A stretch of DNA of 50,872 nucleotides, taken from assembly GCA_034722435.1 (NCBI GenBank), contig JAYENX010000005.1, forward strand, positions 1-50,872, written 5' to 3'. Source of the DNA: Nanobdellota archaeon. Its GTDB lineage: Archaea; Nanobdellota; Nanobdellia; Woesearchaeales; JAHWHD01. A program made the position numbers and the translations under genes. How positions within the stretch are numbered: position 1 is the stretch's first letter; the number at the start of each line of letters is the position of its first letter. The notes beneath the pieces were generated by a model, which worked only from the letters and a program-made list of their open reading frames with translations, was not told the DNA's origin and made no database searches. This document shows, piece after piece, positions 8,820 to 16,400 of the stretch.

Positions 8820-9698
8820 ATGAAAATAGTAGCAGTTTCAGATTTACATATGCCGGGTAAGAACGATTTCAACCTATTTCATGCTTTGAAAGATTTACCT
8901 GCAGAAATAGATGTATTAGTACTGGGTGGCGATATTGCATCTTCTAGTGAACTACTGAGTCCTTCACTTCAAAAACTTGAAAAGATGTTAGATGATTACA
9001 ACATCACTGTTAAACACAGAGTTTTTGTTCCTGGTAATCACGAAATATACAAAAGAAAAGAATCTCAAAACCCTATACTAAAATTCTTAGGATTTGGAAA
9101 ACCTGATTCTGTTAAAGTGTATGAAGGTCTTGCTAGTATAGTCGCAGATCATGGATACCATATGTTAGACGAAAAACCTTTAGTAATCGACGGTGTAGCT
9201 TTTGTTGGTAATATTGGGTGGTACGATTATTCTTTTAGAAACAACACAGATCTCGAGGTCGTAGTAAATGGCAGATTAAAGAAATTAAAAGATTTTAAAG
9301 ATTCAGATTATGCATCAAAAAAAGCGCAAGATCCAAAATCTGGAAAAACCTTTGTCTGGCCAGACAAAAATACATTTAATGATAAAGAATTCACTGATCA
9401 ATGTTTAGAAAAACTTGAACAAGATCTGGAACAGGTAAAAGATTATAAAAATATTATTGTAGTAATGCATAATGTGCCTTTTAAACAAAACCTTTCTCGA
9501 TCAGGATCACCATTCATACAATTCACAACCGCATACATGGGCTCAGAAAGATTCGGAGAGTTAATCAGAAAATATCCTGTTAGAACCGTCATTCATGGTC
9601 ACGCACATTCAGGGTCGGGAGATTACAAAGTTGACGGTGTAGATTGCCATAATGTGGCATTTAAGAGAAAAATTAAAATAATTGATTACAGTAGGTAA
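8820..9698 (+). CDS. Calcineurin-like metallophosphoesterase
   Basis: Motifs SDLH, GGDIA, GNHE, HNVP, GHAH; no signal peptide. Confidence 0.9.
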   Translation: MKIVAVSDLHMPGKNDFNLFHALKDLPAEIDVLVLGGDIASSSELLSPSLQKLEKMLDDYNITVKHRVFVPGNHEIYKRKESQNPILKFLGFGKPDSVKVYEGLASIVADHGYHMLDEKPLVIDGVAFVGNIGWYDYSFRNNTDLEVVVNGRLKKLKDFKDSDYASKKAQDPKSGKTFVWPDKNTFNDKEFTDQCLEKLEQDLEQVKDYKNIIVVMHNVPFKQNLSRSGSPFIQFTTAYMGSERFGELIRKYPVRTVIHGHAHSGSGDYKVDGVDCHNVAFKRKIKIIDYSR

Positions 9699-9704
9699 AT
9701 TATA

Positions 9705-10412
9705 ATGTGGAGGGAACAAGTTGGGGAACTGGCAGATATTCTTCTAGATAGTTTTGACCCTAATAACGAGATCATGCATTACGATTTTTCAATTGAAAAT
9801 TTAAGAATTCTAGACTTTGCAGGCTCTAAAGCTCTACCTAAAACTGACCCCACTATTCTAAGTATACAAATAGGCGGAAACTACAAATCAGGTGCTTTGT
9901 TAAGTTATGAGGTAAAAGCAAGTTGCAAGGGCGAGATTTCAGAATTAGATTATTTTAAACAGAACTTGTATCCTATTCTAAAACAATACCATGAAAAACA
10001 AGACCATACTGAAGTTTTTAAACATCTTGCTTACTTAGAATATTTCTGGGATAAGAAGGGTATGCATCAACAACATTTCAGACCTACTAACTCCGCTCTA
10101 AGCCAGTTAAGAGACATTTTTAGCTCTAACAATTGTTATTGCAATATTGGGACTGATCAGACCCGCGCAGATCTTAACAGAATTCTCGCTGAAAGAAAAC
10201 CTGCAAGTTCTCTTCAACATCTTAAACGTATAGACGAGATAAAGATTTTTTCAAGATTCGGCGAACCTGATGTATTCTCCGGTTACAAAGAAGGTCCACT
10301 CTTTGATAGACAAGTAATTGAATCATACTTCAGAAGCCAACCAAAAATCATGTCACGAGCACATAAGATGATTATAAATTTTAGAATACCTTATAGTGTA
10401 GAGACTGCTTAA
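9705..10412 (+). CDS. Hypothetical protein (235 aa)
   Basis: Long ORF 6 nt after the phosphoesterase; no recognised motif. Confidence 0.7.
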   Translation: MWREQVGELADILLDSFDPNNEIMHYDFSIENLRILDFAGSKALPKTDPTILSIQIGGNYKSGALLSYEVKASCKGEISELDYFKQNLYPILKQYHEKQDHTEVFKHLAYLEYFWDKKGMHQQHFRPTNSALSQLRDIFSSNNCYCNIGTDQTRADLNRILAERKPASSLQHLKRIDEIKIFSRFGEPDVFSGYKEGPLFDRQVIESYFRSQPKIMSRAHKMIINFRIPYSVETA

Positions 10413-13400
10413 CATATCTCGCCTTTGATTTTCTTCATCAGACCTAAATTATTTACCGTTGCAGCTCTTCCCGTTATATCTATAAATATTTGATCTAGGT
10501 TAGTTTCTGAACTAAGCTTATCTTGGTATATTTTGTTAACATTATTTATATGCGACATGAAAGCCTCTATGAAGGTATCAGTATTTGTTACCAATTTTAA
10601 CTGCCTATTACTTTCGTAACCTATCTTATTATTTACTTGTTGAACAACATCTAACAAATTATTCTCTGTAAGATAAAATGTCTCTTCATCTAGATTTCTC
10701 CCAACAATTTCAAGTTCAGTCCTGACTACACTAAAGAATTCTAACGCGCTTTTTATCTGTTTAGCTTGTTGCTTTGTAAAATATCCCCTAATTACTAATT
10801 CATCTAATGTTTTATCTGTTGAAGGTTCGGTTATACTGAACAACGCTTTACCACTATTTATCAAATACTGGGTATGTCTGATAGTGAGGGGCCCTCTTTT
10901 AATATCTCCTGGCTGAAACTCTGGCTTAGAAATTGTTGTTTCTCCTCTTATAGCTCTTTCTGCAATAAATTTCATGTATAACTCAGTATCACTGACTAAT
11001 TGGTCACCTCGCCTGGACGTTTTTACGTACTGTTTTAAGAACATATCACTATCCTGTAAAGCTCTTTTTTGTAATTCTGTACCTAATTTTGTTTCGATAT
11101 CCTTTGCGAAAGTATTGCTCGACGTTTGCACAACTCTGGCATCTAACCCTTCACTTACTTGGAACAGTTCAAGATCTTTAATCTTTTTAATGTATTCATC
11201 TAAACTTAAAACATTAAAAGCCTTCTGCTGATATTTCTTAAACCTGTGTTCACTGATTAAACCCCTTTCTTCTACATTAAACCCTGCATTTGAAAGTATG
11301 GATGTAATCTCTATAGCCAATTTTTCAAAGTACACGTCATCAGGATTATCAAATAAAATATCTTGAAATTTTGCTTTTCTGTCATGCAATATTAATACCT
11401 CAAAATCAGAATCAATCCCTGTCTCACTTCTTGCCTGACTACCTGAAACTATCAATGAATAATCCTTATCAGTCTTATAACCTTCCATCTCCAACCTTTG
11501 CTTCGCGATTTCATGCGCTTTTAATAAAGCTACGTCCTGTGCGGCTGTCATAATTCTATTCACTTGCTGCACATCCTTATTGTTATCAAAATCTGCTATT
11601 GCAATATCCACAGCCGTTGTTTTCAATGTCGCCAAATCCTGTTCAGTTTTTAACCCTTCACTAAATTCATCAAAGAACTCTAATTGAGTTTTTTTCTCAG
11701 GGACTAACGATTCAAATATTCTTTTTAACTGTGCAGCCGATGGTCTCTCCGTAGGATTCTGGGATAAAGCTTTCTGTAGAACTCCAATTAAATCTTCAGA
11801 AATTCCTCTATCTCTTAATCTTTTAGTGTTAATTTGATACACTTCTGTCGAGTCTCTTAAACCTGCATATTTACCTGGTCCTGTTGTAGGAGTTTCCAAG
11901 GTTAACATTTCATATATCATCCATGCTGCTGCATACACATCAACATCAGTATCATCAAACTGATTAATATTGAAAATATCTCTGATTCTTGATGTTTCTG
12001 CAATCTCTGGAGCAGAATAAGTAATTGTTCCAACTTTTGGAATGTCCTTAATACGCAGTTTTTCCTTAGTTTTCACATCAAATCCTGCGAGTCCAAGATC
12101 AATAATTTTCAAAGTTCCGTCGCTCTGAACAATCATATTATCTGGTTTAATATCTCTATGGGCAACACCCTGATTATGCATGTACTCAAGTGCGTTGAAC
12201 AACTGGGCACTAATTCTTGCAACTTCATCAATATTCAAAGGCCTTCCTTTATCCATTTTATCTCTTATACTTTCTCCCGCGATATACTCCTGAGTAAAAT
12301 ACGGCATTTTTCCTTTGACTGCGTTGTCACCTCCTTTAGCAATATTGGGATGGTCAAGAATGTTTAGAACTTGAGCCTCTCTATCGAATAATGTGACAAA
12401 AACTCTATTCGCATTTTCTATCTTTAGAACTTTTAACGCCACTTTTTGACCATCTTTCTCAGCCACAAACACTGTTCCAGAAGCGCCTGAGCCAAGCTCA
12501 GCAATATTTTCATAACCCTCCTCTGCCAACTTACTTATTAATTCGGATACCTGTATTTCTCTTCTATTGTTATAGAGTTTTTCTAGATTTGGTTTAAGTG
12601 TATCGGATAAGATTTTAATCATGTCAATTCTATTACTCACTTCCCGTCCACTTTCTATCATATTAATTGTTGTTGCCACATACCTTCTAAGCAAGGTCCA
12701 TGTTCCTGTTTTTTTATCTGTAAGTTCATCACTACTATAAGAAGAAACTGGCGTCAAAAGATTTATTGCTTGATCAATTTCGTCCAACCTTAATTTCATC
12801 AATTCAGTATCTAATCCTTCTTTCACAAATAAATCAAATCTAGTTGTGGCTACAAGATCAGGAAGATTAATATCATTAATACCTTCATACCTTTTGCCAT
12901 TTACTGATAATTCGTAATCTAACAAGTTTTCAAATACTATCTTAATATTTCTCGGAACAGGTTTATCCTTGAAAATATTTTTGATACCTGCTTCCATATC
13001 ACTAATTATGTCGCTTAACGAAGCACCCCTTTCAAAACTTCTCTTTATCCTTCCTATTCTATCTGACTTCTCAAGGAATTCTGCAAGTATAGGTGTATCC
13101 CAAACAGGTTCGTTAAACATATCATCTATTGCCTTACTAATTAACTTATTCCTTTGTTGTTGATCAAACCTAAATATCCAGTCTGCCTGATTATCTGTCA
13201 ACGGACTAAATGTGGTAGGGTTCTTTTTCTCAAACAATGGTTTAACTTCAATAAAGAACCCTCCATTATTAACAACATCCTCAACACTATTTCCTAGTTT
13301 AACCTTTGCTTTTGAATTAGCTTTAATTATTTCACTCGCACCATCTGCAAGCGCATTAAGTTGAGCGGCATCTATTTGATTAAATTGTGACTTAACTGTA

Positions 13401-16400
13401 ACCATTCCAATACTTACTGATGGTTTCAATTCTTCACTGAATTTTCTGCCTGTGCTTATAATATAATCATTTAACTCTATATTTATCCTTCTTGATATTT
13501 CTTTATTGGATATATCTATATTTTTGATATTATTTTGTATTATTTTTAAAACTGTAATCTTAAGTGCATCTGCGAAGTCTGCACCATACCTTTGATTAGT
13601 TTTCCCAAAATTATTTATGTCAACCCTTGCAAATCTTACCTCTTCATTCCCACTAATGACAAATCCTATTTCGTCTCCGCCTACAATAAATGTCTGAGCG
13701 AACTTTTTTTCTCCTTGGTTATCTAATAATTTATTTGTTACAAGCTTAAACAGATTATTGCCATCTAAGAACCCTGCAAACTCCTGATTCAGTGAAGCTG
13801 TCTCCCATATTGCATCATCTAACGTGGCAACTCTATCTAAATCAGCATTAGCAATAGCTTCATCTCTTGCATCAAATATTTTTGTAACATCTACAGGTAC
13901 AATCTTTTCTCCAAAGAAATCATACTCATTAGCGTATAATTTTGGTACCAGCCTTGCCTCGCAACAATCATTTATACTGCTATATTGCACTACGCTAGTA
14001 CCTTTCAATCTCTTAAGTGTGTTTAATATTTCATCAAAATTTGCATCTTTATTAATCTGATTATTTGTCAGCCTCGACACAATATCTCTATCAACTATTT
14101 GACCTTCCTGTAATGCTATTGTAGTTTCTAAATCCAAATTTTCAAATTCTTCTATGTTTATCCCTGCAATATCTCTTAACTGTCCAGTTTTTCCTGCGAT
14201 TGTTGATTGGTCATTCAATTTTTGTGCCTGATGTAAATTTTTAATTCTGGTCTTTTCTGAAACTCCTGCATAAAAATTTAATTCATCAAGATCTAGCACT
14301 CTTTCATCGCCCTTCTTAGCTTCATCAGCATAAATGGGTTCGTCTACAATTTGATTTGGCACTTTTATTATTATATCTGCCCTAAACTCTTCGTCATTGA
14401 GGATATTCTCAAGATACGATGCAGGATTACTTCCGTCCCATTCATTTAAAGCCTTTTCTAGCCCTCGTCCTGTCTGCTTCAAGAAATCATCCCCTACTAT
14501 GTGGCCATATCTTGTATTTACTTGATTCTTAAAATCCTGAATATCTACTGTAGCAATCTGCACCTCTCCATCATCATGCTCAAACACTATTTTGAAAGTT
14601 TTACCTGCTTTATGGTGTACCGTCGCTGTCGGGGTAGTTGCAATTTTGCCCTCTGATATCTTCCAAAGATGATTGTGGTATGCTATTTTACTCCGTACGA
14701 AATGATAATCTCCTAACACATATTCTTTTAATGAATCAGTTATATCTTTTTCAACCTGTAGCGGATCATTTACACGTTGTGCAAAAGCAATATTATTAAG
14801 CTCTTTATTTACTATTGAATATTGATTAGTCTCCTGCAGAAGTTCTTGCAAAGTTCTCTTTGCAAAATATGATCCTGCAAGATGCCCTTGATCTGTATTT
14901 AGTTTAGCACCATCTGCAAGTATCTCGCCTAGCTCGTGAGCTATCATGGCTCTTAAGGCTGAAGTTCTCTGTGTTCCTTCTAATAATGGGAAAAACTGTC
15001 TTTGTAAATAATCTGTATCAATAACTATTTCCCATGTTCCATCATCTTGCTTTTTAGAGTATATTGGTCCAAGTTCCGGATCAGACCCCTTTTTTATTGG
15101 TATCTCGTTACCCTGGAATTCTATTTTCATATTTTCAGTTTGTAATTTATTTTGTTCAGGAGTTTTAGTTTTTATCACATTCAACGAATCCCATTTTACT
15201 TGCTTAACAGCATTGATTACTTGAACCTTCTCAACATTAACCTCTCCGAGTATATTCTTTAATTCGCTTTTAGCAATTTGTGAAGCTGGAATTTGTCTTA
15301 CAAATTGTCTTATATTACTGCTAGGTTCTTGTATGACTACTCGTACTGGAGTCTCCCCTTCAAATTCAGGTTCGGGCGAATTATCAATAATTCTTGGTGC
15401 GAGCTGATTTATCTCTCCCTCAACCCACTTAACTTCACCAATCTCATCACTAAAATCAGAAACACTTTTCTCAGAAATCAAATTCAAGATAAATAACGTT
15501 TTATCATGCGACAACTTTGATCTTGTTCTAAACGCTTCATACTTATCTGCAATAAGCAATTGCTTACCTTGTTTAGATATTTGTTTTTGTTCATCTGTTG
15601 CTTCTTCGGCGGGTATCCTTTTCAAAGTTTCAGCATCAACATCTAAATATAATACGAACGATTTATCTCCATAAACATCAACTCTATGATGCTGAGCAAC
15701 TGCTTCAACTATTTCTTTTTTAACATTTGCATTTTTTAATATTTGAACGCTCCATAAAGAATGTGAGTCCCAAAAATCGCCCATTGTATCAACAACAACA
15801 AAACTTCTTCCTGTAAACGGATTATCAACTATACTCAGAAGTTCTATTAACTCTATACCTTCTTCGTTACTTATTTTATTTTGTTCAACAGCATTTGTAA
15901 CGAATGTTTTAATTGTTGTATCTTTATTAACATCTTTAACTCCTTCTATGCTATACAATTTAGTTACTGCCATCGTAACTGCGCTATGTGCCAAATCAAG
16001 TCCTTTTGTAAACAAATTAGTTTGCTCTTGATTTAACCCTGTTGGGCCTGTTTTTCCTATATCGTGTAATAAACCTGCAATGTGTAAATCCCTATCTCCT
16101 GGATTCATTTGTTTTAGATAATCCATAACACCTTTTTCATAATGACCAGTATTTCTTTCTAGATAAGCGAGTCTTGTCGAGATAAGTTCTAGATCACCTT
16201 CAACCCCTAAACTTGTGAGTTCAAGATTAATTTCAGTTTTTCTTTTATCTAAAGAAGCATCTTCAAACGCATCATTAAAACTTTCTTCCGATTCAACATC
16301 TAACTCCTCCAACACTTCACTCGCGCCCTCTCCTATTTTACTTCCTATTTCATAATCTCCGATTACTTTAACATCTGCGTCTTTAAAACTATTCAACCTG

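Noticed and set aside
13340-16180. HD plus two palm-like domains as a Cas10 homologue
   Set aside because: Motifs are GGDEF-type (N..YGH..GD, GGDE) rather than GGDD; no Zn finger or cas context; embedded in an exported protein
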